Shown: piece by piece, positions 1-9,745 of the stretch | How positions within the stretch are numbered: the first letter of the stretch is position 1 | How the letters are laid out: every line of letters starts with the position of its first letter | Source of the DNA: Syntrophales bacterium | GTDB lineage: Bacteria; Desulfobacterota; Syntrophia; Syntrophales; PHBD01 | Length of the DNA stretch: 64,000 nt | Assembly: GCA_963668175.1 (NCBI GenBank) | Contig: OY764159.1 | Location: 1,216,001 to 1,280,000 of the forward strand | Direction: 5' to 3' | The notes under the pieces: generated by a model | Databases searched by the model: none | What the model was told of the DNA's origin: nothing | What the model saw: the letters and a program-made list of their open reading frames with translations, nothing else | Made by a program: the position numbers and the translations under genes

Positions 1-2
1 AA

Positions 3-284
3 AAGATCAGAGCGGAGCTGGGGAAGCGCTTCTGCCACCGGTGCGGTTACTGTCTGCCCTGCGAGCAGGGCGTCAGAATCCCCGAGGTGATGATGTTCCG
101 GTCCATCCTGAAGCGGATGCATCACGAGCGGGCCGTCAATTTCTCCAAAGACCCGCTCGGTACGGTGGAATCATGCACCGAATGCGGCGAATGCATTGAA
201 CGCTGCCCCTACGATCTGCCCATACCGGAGATGCTGCGGGAGAACCTGGCGCTGTATCAGGAAGCACTGCGCCGCCGGAAATAA
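3..284 (+). CDS. Aldo/keto reductase, C-terminal 2x[4Fe-4S] domain (5'-truncated by window edge)
   Basis: Frame open from base 3 (KIRAELGKRFCHRCGYCLPC...CTECGECIERCPYDLPIP); typical C-terminus of Fe-S-containing AKRs. Confidence 0.8.
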   Translation, partial: KIRAELGKRFCHRCGYCLPCEQGVRIPEVMMFRSILKRMHHERAVNFSKDPLGTVESCTECGECIERCPYDLPIPEMLRENLALYQEALRRRK

Positions 285-328
285 ACCGGCTGCAGGCTCA
301 CTAAAAAACGCCCGTTAAGGATTCGAAA

Positions 329-796
329 ATGAACCCACAGGAAATGGAAGAAAAAGCGGAGGCCCTGTTCGGCGACCTTTACCATTGCAGCCAGGCCGTC
401 CTGGCGGTCGGGCAGGAAAAGCTGAACGGCGGGGTCAGTGCTGAATTGATCAGGGCGATGGACGTCTTCGGCGGGGGGCTCGGCGGCCACGGCGAGACCT
501 GCGGGGCGCTCGTCGGAGCCCTGGCGGTCATCGGACTTATGGATGGGCGCAGCGCCGGAGGTCAATATCCCGAGATGAAGATGTGGATAGATGCCCGCGA
601 ACTGGTGAGACGTTTCCGCACGGAGATTGCCGGCGGCCATATCCTCTGCCGGGATATCGTCGCCGTGGACTGGACGGACCCGGATCAGGTCAGGGCATAC
701 CGGGAAGGCCCGAAGCGGGAAATCTGTAGGAAGCTTACCGGCCATACCGCCAGGCTTGTCGGCGAGATCATCGAAAAGGCCCGGGCCTCAACGTAA
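329..796 (+). CDS. C-GCAxxG-C-C family putative redox-active protein
   Basis: Motifs HCSQAV, FGGGLG, TCGALVGA, ILCRDI and CRKL in family order. Confidence 0.85.
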   Translation: MNPQEMEEKAEALFGDLYHCSQAVLAVGQEKLNGGVSAELIRAMDVFGGGLGGHGETCGALVGALAVIGLMDGRSAGGQYPEMKMWIDARELVRRFRTEIAGGHILCRDIVAVDWTDPDQVRAYREGPKREICRKLTGHTARLVGEIIEKARAST

Positions 797-867
797 AAAA
801 TGTTTGCTTGCCCTCTTTGGGACCCGGTCAGGCCGGATCAATCGGCCGTTTCCGGCCGCTAAAGACG

Positions 868-1596
868 TTATCGGTTTGATTCTTTTCTTCTTACACCGTA
901 CAGGGTCCGGCCGTGGCGGTAGTATCTCGACAGTTTTTCCGGCGACACACCAAGAAAATAGGACGCGATCAGAAACCAGTTGCGAAGAGTGGTGTAGGCA
1001 ATGCCTTCCGCCTCCCATCGCCGCGGCGATGTCGCGGCCGGTTCCGGTATGATGTAAATCCGCCTTCCCGCCTTCTTGAGGTTGCGCATGAGGGCGACGT
1101 CCTCCATGAGCGGAATCGGGGGGTAGCCGCCGATCCGTTCGAACGCCTCCTTCCGGATAAAGATGGCTTGGTCGCCGTAGGGAATTCTTGTCAGGCGGGA
1201 ACGGAGCGACGCGACGCGGGATATCAGCCGTAACGGAAGCCTCGTCGAGTCGATCCTGAGGTCGAAGGCGCCGCCGTCAATGTCGCCCGCCGTCATGACC
1301 TTATCGATGAGCGTCAGGGCCCGACGGGGCAGTCTCGTGTCGGCGTGGAGAAAGATCAGGTAGCGGCCCGCCGCCGCCGCGGCTCCCGCATTCATCTGGC
1401 AGGCCCGTCCCCGCGCCGACGACAGGCGTCGCGCCCCTTCGTCGGCGACGGCATGGATGGTATCGCCCGAGGAACTGCCGTCGACGACAATCACCTCCCC
1501 TTCTCCGGCCCTTTCCAGGGAGCGGATATGACCGATCAGAGGATTGATCGCATCGGCTTCGTTTAAGACGGGAACGATGAAGGAAAATGTTGTCAT
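868..1596 (-). CDS. GT2 glycosyltransferase, TIGR04283-like (rSAM/arsenosugar-associated)
   Basis: IVPVLNE, VVDGSS, GRACQMNAGA, FLHADT, YGDQAIF, LMEDV, SPRRW. Confidence 0.85.
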   Translation of the reverse strand: MTTFSFIVPVLNEADAINPLIGHIRSLERAGEGEVIVVDGSSSGDTIHAVADEGARRLSSARGRACQMNAGAAAAAGRYLIFLHADTRLPRRALTLIDKVMTAGDIDGGAFDLRIDSTRLPLRLISRVASLRSRLTRIPYGDQAIFIRKEAFERIGGYPPIPLMEDVALMRNLKKAGRRIYIIPEPAATSPRRWEAEGIAYTTLRNWFLIASYFLGVSPEKLSRYYRHGRTLYGVRRKESNR

Positions 1597-1654
1597 CCGG
1601 TCTCACAATTTCTTGAATCCGCCACAGGATCGCTTTCCTGCCGGCGCCGGTATC

Positions 1655-3118
1655 CTAGGTTTCCGAGGGTGGATTGCATGCCCTTCCCTTGAGGTGGAAG
1701 AGGAAGCGGAGAATCCCCCGCGTCCGGTCGCTGAACAGCTTATCGGCGTAATACCGTCCGGCGGCCCGCTTCGATATTTCCGACAGGGTCGGATAGAGGT
1801 GTACCGCCTCGGCCATCCTGGACAGGCCGAGGCCGCCGCTTGCGGCGACGATCCATTCATGGATGATCTCCCCGGCCCGGTGCCCGGCAATCTGGCATCC
1901 CAGGAATTTTCCCTTCGGATCAATCAGGATCTTGATCTTGCCCGCCGTTTCCCCCTCCGCAAGGGCGCGGTCGTTTTCGCTGAAGAGTTCTTCCTCGATG
2001 CGATAGGGTATGCCTTCTTTTGCGGCCCGCTGTTCGTTGAGCCCGATACTGGCCACCTCGGGGTCGGTGTAGATACACCAGCCGACCTTCCTGTGGTCGA
2101 CGCGCCTGGGCAGCCGCAAAACGGCGTTTGTCAGGGCGATACCCGCCTGGTAGCCGGCGGCGTGGGTGAACGGCATAAGGCCGTTGACGTCCCCGCAGGC
2201 ATAGATATGCCGTATGTTTGTCCGCATGCGGTCGTCCACCGGGATATGGCGGGGGCCGACGGTTATCCCGGCTTTATCGAGATCGAGTCCGTCCAGATTC
2301 GGTTTCCGGCCGACCGCTACGAGGAGGGCATCGCCTGCAATGACCTTCATTCCGCCGCCGGCCGGGGCGGCCGTTACCTGCACCGCCGTTCCGTCCGCCG
2401 CTGCCTTGACGGCCCGCGTGCCTGTATGTATTTCGACGCCGTCTTCCCGGAGCCGGGCCTGGACGATGGCGGACATGTCGGCGTCCTCCTGCCCCATGAT
2501 CCGGTCGGCAAACTCCACGACGGAAACCGAAGACCCCAGCCGGGCGAAGGCCTGGGCCAGCTCCAGACCGACGGGCCCGCCGCCGAGAACGATCAGACGG
2601 GCGGGCAGGTCCCTGAGGGAAAATATCGTTTCGTTGGTGAGGCAGGGAACGGAGGCGAGGCCCTCCAGGGGCGGAACGACGGGGCTTGATCCCGTGGCGA
2701 TGATCCAGCTTCCGGCGCTGATTCTTTTGTTCTCAAAAATGACGGTGTGATCGTCGGCAAAACGGCATTGGCCGAAACGGACATCGACGCCTAATCCGCA
2801 GAAACGTTCGGGGGAATCCTGGCTCTGGATTGTCTCAATGACCGAACGGACACGGTCCATGACGGCCCCCAGGTCGACCGGCGGCCGTTGAATGTCCGGC
2901 AGGCCGAAGGCAGGGAAACGTTTGGCCAGGGCCCAGAGGCCGGCCGTGCGGATCAGCGTCTTGGATGGTACGCATCCGTGGTGGAGACAGTCCCCGCCCA
3001 GTTTGCCCGATTTTTCGATCAGGATTGTTTTTGCCCCGAAGCGGGCGCCGCCGGCCGCTGCCGTGAGGCCCGCCGCACCGCCGCCGATGATGCCCAGATC
3101 GTAATCGAAACCGGCCAT
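1655..3118 (-). CDS. Pyridine nucleotide-disulfide oxidoreductase (lipoamide dehydrogenase/MerA-like class I)
   Basis: GGGAAG FAD motif, GGDCLHHGCVPSK redox disulfide, GGGPVG, YPTLSE; no C-terminal Cys-Cys pair. Confidence 0.85.
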   Translation of the reverse strand: MAGFDYDLGIIGGGAAGLTAAAGGARFGAKTILIEKSGKLGGDCLHHGCVPSKTLIRTAGLWALAKRFPAFGLPDIQRPPVDLGAVMDRVRSVIETIQSQDSPERFCGLGVDVRFGQCRFADDHTVIFENKRISAGSWIIATGSSPVVPPLEGLASVPCLTNETIFSLRDLPARLIVLGGGPVGLELAQAFARLGSSVSVVEFADRIMGQEDADMSAIVQARLREDGVEIHTGTRAVKAAADGTAVQVTAAPAGGGMKVIAGDALLVAVGRKPNLDGLDLDKAGITVGPRHIPVDDRMRTNIRHIYACGDVNGLMPFTHAAGYQAGIALTNAVLRLPRRVDHRKVGWCIYTDPEVASIGLNEQRAAKEGIPYRIEEELFSENDRALAEGETAGKIKILIDPKGKFLGCQIAGHRAGEIIHEWIVAASGGLGLSRMAEAVHLYPTLSEISKRAAGRYYADKLFSDRTRGILRFLFHLKGRACNPPSET

Positions 3119-3296
3119 ATCTGTCCTTTCCTTATGATTTTCTCCGACCCTTCTCAGATATAAAGTAACAAAGTGGACCCCCCGTCACAACAGAAATTCT
3201 CTTGAAGGATAAACCGGTGTTTTCCCCCTTTTCCGGCGGAATGCGCCGGTCGGCAGGTGTCGCCATCCGGTTGTGCCCCTAACGATAAAAATTGCC

Positions 3297-3325
3297 TTGT
3301 AATACGTGTGGTTATTCCGTATAAT
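3297..3325 (+). promoter_or_regulatory. Sigma70-type promoter for the multiheme nitrite reductase
   Basis: TTGTAA-N17-TATAAT, followed by GGGAGG RBS before ATG 3373. Confidence 0.7.
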
Positions 3326-3372
3326 ATGAAAAGGTTGGGTATCGCTCAAAACTTTTTTATTGGGGAGGCGCC

Positions 3373-5013
3373 ATGAAAAAATATGTTTGGGCAATCGGTG
3401 TTCCCGTCTTTATCCTGGCCGTCATCTCTTTCTCCATCCGTCCGGGTGTTCCGGCCCAGAAGTCCCCTGCGAAGCCGCAGGGGGCCGCCGATGCGGAAAA
3501 ATGCTACCAATGCCACGGTCCCATCAAGGAGCTTCGCCAGATGGGAAAACATGCAAATGTCGCCTGCGCAAGCTGCCACTCCGGCCTGGATCGCCATTTG
3601 CAGAGCTACTCCGCCCGCCCGGTTACCGAGAAGTCCTGGAAGGCCTGCGGCCAGTGTCACAAGGACCAGTACAACTCCTCCATGAAAGTCTCGTATCTCC
3701 GGCCGGCGAGGGATGAAAAATCGCTGCCCACGGGGCGTTCTCCCAATCCCCTCTGGGAAAAGCTGATGATGGGCCATCCTTTCACCAAGGAGCATTCGGC
3801 GCCGAGAAGCCATCCCTGGATGCTGGTGGATATCCTTCTCGTCGACCGGGCCTTCGGAGGCCGTTTCCAGCCCCGCGAAGACTGGCGATACGTCAATACG
3901 AAGCCCGACGTAAGCGTCTGGGACATCGTGGTCGATAAATATCCCGACATCAAGGAACAGAAGCCGATCCTCCCCCAAACCGGCGCCGGGGCGAATCCCG
4001 TCTGCTTCCAGTGCAAGAGTCAGGACCAGATCCTCGACTGGGCCTACATGGGCGACCCGGTCAAGGGGGCGAAGTGGTCACGGACCTCTCCCGTCCTTGA
4101 ATTTGTCAAGGATCTCAAGCACGGGGCCAACTGCTATACATGCCACGATCCTCATGCAACGAAGCCCCGGATCGTTCGCGACGCCCTGATCGATGCCCTG
4201 ACAACACCGAACGGCGATACGCTGTGGCACAAGGACCCCAAAAGAACGGGTTTCAAGGTCGTTGCCATGGGTATGAGGGGCTTTACGCGCAAAATCGCCA
4301 TTCTCGACAAGTACGACTCCCGCCTCCTCTGCGGCCAGTGCCATGTCGAGTACGCGTGCAATCCCGGTACGGACCCCAAGACCGGACAGCCCATTACGTA
4401 TGCGGACCGCCGCACCAACCATATTCCTTTCAAGGACGTCTTCGCCCTCTACGACCATTACACGAATATCGTTCCCTTCCTCGACTTCCGTCATCCCCTG
4501 ACGGGGGCCTTGCTCTGGAAAGGCCAACATCCGGATACGGAGGCCTTCTACGCCTCGAAACACGGCCGGGCCGGCGTCAGTTGCGACGACTGCCATCTGC
4601 CCAAGGTCCGGGACAAGAATGGCAAGGTCCTCTATACGTCCCATTACGCCGTGACGCCGAAAGTTCAGCTCCAGACGACCTGTCTGCGCTGCCATCGCGG
4701 CTGGACGGAAGAGCAGGCCCGGTATGCCATTGAGTCCGTCAAGGCCCACATCAAGGGCAAGATGCGAAAGGCCGAATTCTGGCTCGCGGCTCTGATCGAC
4801 AAAATCGTTGAGGCGAGGAAAGCCGGCGTGAACAAGGACATCATTAAGAATGCCCAGGATCAGCACCTGAAAGCCCATATCCTCTGGGAATTCTGGACGG
4901 CGGAAAATTCGGACGGCTTCCATAATCCGGAGATGGCGAAACTGTCGCTGACCAAGTCGATCGACGAGGCGCAAAAAGGCATCGCCATGCTCGACAAGGC
5001 CATGAATCCGTGA
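3373..5013 (+). CDS. nrfA: Octaheme ammonia-forming cytochrome c nitrite reductase (ONR/TvNiR-type NrfA homolog)
   Basis: Signal peptide; 7 CxxCH (CYQCH, CASCH, CGQCH, CYTCH, CGQCH, CDDCH, CLRCH) plus catalytic CFQCK; CHVEY, KGQHP and AENSDGFHNP motifs. Confidence 0.9.
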   Translation: MKKYVWAIGVPVFILAVISFSIRPGVPAQKSPAKPQGAADAEKCYQCHGPIKELRQMGKHANVACASCHSGLDRHLQSYSARPVTEKSWKACGQCHKDQYNSSMKVSYLRPARDEKSLPTGRSPNPLWEKLMMGHPFTKEHSAPRSHPWMLVDILLVDRAFGGRFQPREDWRYVNTKPDVSVWDIVVDKYPDIKEQKPILPQTGAGANPVCFQCKSQDQILDWAYMGDPVKGAKWSRTSPVLEFVKDLKHGANCYTCHDPHATKPRIVRDALIDALTTPNGDTLWHKDPKRTGFKVVAMGMRGFTRKIAILDKYDSRLLCGQCHVEYACNPGTDPKTGQPITYADRRTNHIPFKDVFALYDHYTNIVPFLDFRHPLTGALLWKGQHPDTEAFYASKHGRAGVSCDDCHLPKVRDKNGKVLYTSHYAVTPKVQLQTTCLRCHRGWTEEQARYAIESVKAHIKGKMRKAEFWLAALIDKIVEARKAGVNKDIIKNAQDQHLKAHILWEFWTAENSDGFHNPEMAKLSLTKSIDEAQKGIAMLDKAMNP

Positions 5014-5091
5014 AGGCCGGTCCGGCCGTTCGCATCAGTGTCGCGGACGAGGGGAAACGGCATCTCGCACCGGAAGCAGGTGGATGAAGTA

Positions 5092-5283
5092 ATGAGAATC
5101 AGGATCGAAAAACGTTTCTGCCAGGGCTGCGAGCGCTGCGTCAATATATGCCCCGAGGTCTTTCGGATGTGGGGCGAATTTCTCAAGGCGAACTTCGAAG
5201 TGACGGAACCGGAAAAACACCGTCAGGCCGTCATCAGGGCCATAGAGGAATGCCCGTACGATGCGATCGCCGTCGATTTATGA
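5092..5283 (+). CDS. Single-cluster ferredoxin
   Basis: CQGCERCVNICP ... ECPYDAI; ATG 5092 chosen over the upstream GTG. Confidence 0.8.
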   Translation: MRIRIEKRFCQGCERCVNICPEVFRMWGEFLKANFEVTEPEKHRQAVIRAIEECPYDAIAVDL

Positions 5284-5299
5284 CGGCTGTTGTCGTCCC

Positions 5300-6295
5300 T
5301 CAGGCGGAAGCCACGATAAGCCCTGAGCCGCCGGGCGGCTTGAAGGGCAGGCGCCTGATCTTCCGGGCGCCGGCGTCCGCCAGCATGTCCATGATCTGTT
5401 TCTCCGAATAGGATTGCCCCGACTCCGTTCCCAGAAGCATGTTGAGAGAGAAAAGGGCGGGATGGAGGGGGCCGTCCATACTGTCGTCAAGAATAAATTC
5501 GTGAACGATGATCATGCCTCCCGGCGTCAGGGCGGTCACAGCCTTCCCGATGATTTTGCCGCACGTCTCCGGGCCTTCTCCGTGCAGGACCTGGGAAAGA
5601 AGGACCACGTCGTAATCGCCGCCGATATCGTCCCTGACGAAATCGCCCTCTCTGAAGGCGATACGGTCGGTCAGGCCGAAACGGTCCACCGTCTGCTTAA
5701 AGAAGGACCTCGTCGTCGGCAGATCGAAAACGGTGGCCTGAAGGTCGGGGTACTTCCGGCAGAAATGGACGGCGTACGTGCCCGGGCCGCCGCCCAGGTC
5801 GAGGAGATGGCGCCTGCCGGCAAGATCCACCTCCGCAGTGACGAGGGGGGCGACCTTCATGGCGATGTTGAACATACCCATCAAGAACCATTCCCGCTGC
5901 TCGTCGCTTCCCATGAACGATCGCGACCGGTTCGGACGGCCCGATTTCACAACCTCGTCGAGGTGCGACCAGAATTGCATCAGGTGGTGATGATGGAGGA
6001 TGATATAGCCGATGTAATCCGGCGAATCTTTTGAGAGCCAAATCCTTGCCGCATCGGTATTGCGATAGGTATCTTCCCTCTTTTCAAGGAGTTTCATTGC
6101 GGCCAGGGCATTCAGGAGCCTGGATGCCGCCCGGGGATCCGCGGCAATTCGTGCGGCGATCTCGGAGGCGCTCAAGGTTTCCTTGCCTACGGCCGTGAAG
6201 ATATCGAGGCTGACGGCCGCCTGAAGCGTGCAAATCTGCCAGTAATCGCTCGACAGATGAAGCAGGTGTTCGCTGCTCCATGGATGTGTGTCCAT
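5300..6295 (-). CDS. SAM-dependent O-methyltransferase family 2 (dimerisation domain plus Rossmann fold)
   Basis: LLDLGGGPG, VFDLP, GDF, LSQVLH; GGAGGGG RBS before ATG 6295. Confidence 0.85.
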   Translation of the reverse strand: MDTHPWSSEHLLHLSSDYWQICTLQAAVSLDIFTAVGKETLSASEIAARIAADPRAASRLLNALAAMKLLEKREDTYRNTDAARIWLSKDSPDYIGYIILHHHHLMQFWSHLDEVVKSGRPNRSRSFMGSDEQREWFLMGMFNIAMKVAPLVTAEVDLAGRRHLLDLGGGPGTYAVHFCRKYPDLQATVFDLPTTRSFFKQTVDRFGLTDRIAFREGDFVRDDIGGDYDVVLLSQVLHGEGPETCGKIIGKAVTALTPGGMIIVHEFILDDSMDGPLHPALFSLNMLLGTESGQSYSEKQIMDMLADAGARKIRRLPFKPPGGSGLIVASA

Positions 6296-6625
6296 AACCC
6301 CTCCCTCTTGGCAGGTACCGGTCCGCCCGCCTCCATTTTCCAAGATTTTCAACGTCTGGGGTGATTATAACCGGTTTTATCCGCTTGTTCCATCATAATC
6401 CGTCGGAAGAGCGGCGCCCGTGTTCCTGTCGTCCTTGATGCCGCCCCGAAAATGGCAAAGGAAGAATTTCCCCGGCGTGAACAGGGCACTGCCGGGCATT
6501 ACACCCCCGTCGGACCGCTGTAGAGGCAACCGGCCGGGATTTCAACAATAACCGCGCGATTGAATTGACTTTGCGGGGTATTCATGTTAGGCAACGCTCA
6601 ATTTAAAGGAAGACGGGAACCGGCC

Positions 6626-7372
6626 ATGACGAAAGCGGAACTGGCGAATATTTTTTTGCGCTCCCTTGCGATCCAGGGTTCCCTCAATTTCTGGCGTATG
6701 CAGAACGTGGGTTATGCCTTTGCCATGATGCCGCTGGTGAGGAAAATGGCTTTGGACGAAAAGGATGTCGCGGAGATGATGCGGCGGCATCTCCAGATGT
6801 TTAATACGCACCCTTATTTCTCCGGCCCGATCATCGGGTCCGCCGTAAGGATCGAAGAATCGCGTCCGGCGAATCCCGGTGCCGGAAAAGAGGCCGATGC
6901 CTTGAAGTACGCCCTGATGGCCCCTTATGCGGGTATCGGCGATTCTTTCTTCTGGGGGTCCTTAAAGCCGCTTTCGTCCGTTGTCGCCGTGGCGCTGGCT
7001 TTGGGCGGATGCCTGGCGGCCCCGCTCGTTTTTCTCCTTTTCTATAATCCGCTTCATGTCTGGATCAGGGGAAAAGGATTCCTGGAAGGCTATCGGAAGG
7101 GGCGGGACGGCATCGAAATGATTAGAAAAATGGATCTGCCGCGTATCGGGGGGTGGCTCCGCTGGATATCGGTCGGGTTTCTGGCCCTTCTTACGATCCT
7201 GGCGACCGTCGACTTTCACGGCCTTCAGGGTGTGTACGATCCGTTTCCGAAGATCGCGGCCCTGGCGGTCGTTATCATGATTTATCTGGCGATTAAAAAA
7301 AGGATTTCTGCCAATTTGATATTATATGCTATATTTATCGTATTATTAACGGTATCCTATCTGGCCGGATGA
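6626..7372 (+). CDS. PTS mannose/fructose/sorbose family IID component
   Basis: RSLAIQGSLNFWRMQNVG, FNTHPY, LMAPYAGIGDSFFW. Confidence 0.85.
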   Translation: MTKAELANIFLRSLAIQGSLNFWRMQNVGYAFAMMPLVRKMALDEKDVAEMMRRHLQMFNTHPYFSGPIIGSAVRIEESRPANPGAGKEADALKYALMAPYAGIGDSFFWGSLKPLSSVVAVALALGGCLAAPLVFLLFYNPLHVWIRGKGFLEGYRKGRDGIEMIRKMDLPRIGGWLRWISVGFLALLTILATVDFHGLQGVYDPFPKIAALAVVIMIYLAIKKRISANLILYAIFIVLLTVSYLAG

Positions 7373-7459
7373 CGGTTCCTGCTTCCGAAAATCGGGATGC
7401 GGCATCGTCCGCCGGAAAAAGGAACCGGCAAGTGCTATTTCGTTGTGAATGTATCGTCG

Positions 7460-7729
7460 ATGACTGTTATAAAAAGCTTTGAGATAAAAAACAAACTGGG
7501 TATCCATGCCCGGGTGGCGGCCAAGATGGTCGGCGTCGCCAGTCGTTACCGGGCGAAGATTTATCTGGAAAAGGACGGTCAGGAGGTAAACGCGAAGAGC
7601 CTCCTGGGGATTCTCACGTTGGCCTGTCCCCAGTACAGTTATCTGACAATCCGGGCGGAAGGCGACGATGCCGGTGAGGCCGTCGAGGACTTCGCCCGTC
7701 TCATTGAAGATAAATTCGGCGAGGACTAG
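7460..7729 (+). CDS. ptsH: Phosphocarrier protein HPr
   Basis: GIHAR (His15), NAKSLLG (Ser46), AEGDDA. Confidence 0.9.
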   Translation: MTVIKSFEIKNKLGIHARVAAKMVGVASRYRAKIYLEKDGQEVNAKSLLGILTLACPQYSYLTIRAEGDDAGEAVEDFARLIEDKFGED

Positions 7730-7842
7730 GGCCGCATCCTTTGCATGTGAAGCATTTTCACCGCAGGATGGAACTCGAAGCGTCTTTTCCTACCGCCAGA
7801 AATAAGTGCAGGGAATATTCCTGACCGCGAGGTTATCGATTC

Positions 7843-9642
7843 ATGTCTGATGATGATGTCAAGAATACTGTTGTTCTGAGAGGAATCGGCGTTTCGCCGG
7901 GGATCGCCATCGGCAAGGCATCCCTGTTCGACAGCCTCGATTCCCCCAGTGCCTTTTACAAGCTGAAGGACAAGAATTTCGTCAGCAAGGAAGTGAAGCG
8001 TTTTCGGACGGCCCTGGCCGAATCTATCCGGCAGCTCCGGGAAGTCAAGGGCAAGATGACGTCCATGGAGGAGATGGACCCCCTCTATATCATCGACGTC
8101 CACATCATGATTTTGAAAGACCGGTCCTTCGTGAAGCGGACCGTGCAGAACATCCGTGAGAATGGCGTCAATGCCGAGTGGGCCGTCAAGATGACCGTCG
8201 ACCGTTACCGGGACATCTTCGAAAAGATGGAGGACGAGTATCTTCGCGGGCGCATCAGCGACGTCCAGTACGCGGGCCAGAGGATTCTCAGGAACCTGAC
8301 CGGCGCCGAACGCAAGCCCCTGATGGAGACGGGGGAAGACATCATCGTCGTTGCCGCCGACCTTTCCCCGGCCGATACGGCGCAGATGAAAATAGACCGC
8401 GTGCAGGGATTCGTGACGGATATGGGGGGCAAAACGTCCCATACGGCCATCGTTGCCTGTTCGCTTGAGATACCGGCCGTCGTCGGCCTGGAGAAGGTAA
8501 CCCGTCTGGTCCGGACAAACGACGACCTCATCATCGACGGCATTGCGGGACTTGTCATCATCAATCCCGATCCGGAAATCCTGAGGCGATACGAGGTCAA
8601 AAGGAGGGACTACCACGAGGCCCGGAAGGAACTTCTGGAGCACGCCAAGCTGCCGGCCGTGACCAAGGACAACCGGAGGGTGGAGATCGGCTGCAACATC
8701 GAATTCGTCGAAGAGCTGCCTTCGGCGCTCGCTCACGGGGCGGAGGGCATCGGGCTTTACCGGACGGAATTTATCTACGTCAACCGCGAGCAGCTTCCCT
8801 CGGAAGATGAACATTTCGCGAGCTACCGCAACGTCATCGGCGTTCCGGGGATGCATTGGTCGACGATCCGCACCTTCGATCTCGGGGGGGACAAATTCTT
8901 TTCCAATCCCAAGCTCGCCAAAGAGATGAATCCGCAAATGGGGCTGCGGGCGATCCGCTTCTGTCTCAAGGAGATTCCCCTGTTCAAAATGCAGCTGCGG
9001 GCGATTATCCGGGCCAGCCATTACGCAAAGACCAGGGTGCTGTTTCCCATGATATCGGGCATCGAGGAGATCCGGGAGACCAAGCGGATTTTCAACGAAG
9101 TGAAAGAGGAATTGAAATCGCAGAAAGTACCGGTCGGGGAAGATATCGAGATCGGTGTCATGATCGAGGTGCCGTCGGCCGTAATCATAGCCGATAAGCT
9201 GGCCAAAGAAGTCGATTTTTTCAGTATCGGCACCAACGACCTGATTCAGTACTCGCTGGCCATCGACCGCATCAACGAGCAGGTCACCTATCTCTATGAA
9301 CCCCTGCATCCGGCCGTCTTGAGGCTGATCAAACAGGTCGTCGACGTCGGCCACAAGGCCGGCATCCGCGTCGCCATGTGCGGGGAAATGGCGGGCGAAC
9401 CCTTATACACATTGATCCTCCTGGCCCTGGATCTCGACGAACTGAGCATGAACGCCCTCGCTATCCCGAGGGTGAAGAAGATCATCCGGGCGTCGAGCGT
9501 TGAAGAAGCGAAGGTGCTCCTCCGAAAGGCGATGTCCTTTTCTTCGGCGACGGAAATCCGGATGTATGTCGAAGAATACATGGAACGGCGGTTCCCGGAG
9601 GAATTCCTGAGCGACCCACGCCATGAAATCCCCTCCTACTAG
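7843..9642 (+). CDS. ptsI: PEP-protein phosphotransferase (enzyme I)
   Basis: GGKTSH, GLYRTE, RTFDLGGDK, IGTNDLIQY, MCGEM. Confidence 0.95.
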   Translation: MSDDDVKNTVVLRGIGVSPGIAIGKASLFDSLDSPSAFYKLKDKNFVSKEVKRFRTALAESIRQLREVKGKMTSMEEMDPLYIIDVHIMILKDRSFVKRTVQNIRENGVNAEWAVKMTVDRYRDIFEKMEDEYLRGRISDVQYAGQRILRNLTGAERKPLMETGEDIIVVAADLSPADTAQMKIDRVQGFVTDMGGKTSHTAIVACSLEIPAVVGLEKVTRLVRTNDDLIIDGIAGLVIINPDPEILRRYEVKRRDYHEARKELLEHAKLPAVTKDNRRVEIGCNIEFVEELPSALAHGAEGIGLYRTEFIYVNREQLPSEDEHFASYRNVIGVPGMHWSTIRTFDLGGDKFFSNPKLAKEMNPQMGLRAIRFCLKEIPLFKMQLRAIIRASHYAKTRVLFPMISGIEEIRETKRIFNEVKEELKSQKVPVGEDIEIGVMIEVPSAVIIADKLAKEVDFFSIGTNDLIQYSLAIDRINEQVTYLYEPLHPAVLRLIKQVVDVGHKAGIRVAMCGEMAGEPLYTLILLALDLDELSMNALAIPRVKKIIRASSVEEAKVLLRKAMSFSSATEIRMYVEEYMERRFPEEFLSDPRHEIPSY

Positions 9643-9745
9643 GGAAGCGGTCCGGGATTTTGGCCCCGTTGCGGAAGGAAGCAACGTCTTTTTTACCTCA
9701 CCGCTATTTGTTCACGCTACTATTTGGATAGGATAGATCGACCAT

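Noticed and set aside
329..796. Selenocysteine recoding in redox proteins
   Set aside because: Cys motifs are encoded by Cys codons; no in-frame TGA at a catalytic position was noticed here or in the PDO-TrxR fusion
1655..3118. Mercuric reductase merA
   Set aside because: Lacks the C-terminal Cys-Cys pair and the NmerA domain; no mer genes nearby
6360..6580. Structured ncRNA (e.g. RNase P) upstream of PTS IID
   Set aside because: Only generic GC hairpins; the RNase P signature GAGGAAAGTCC is absent
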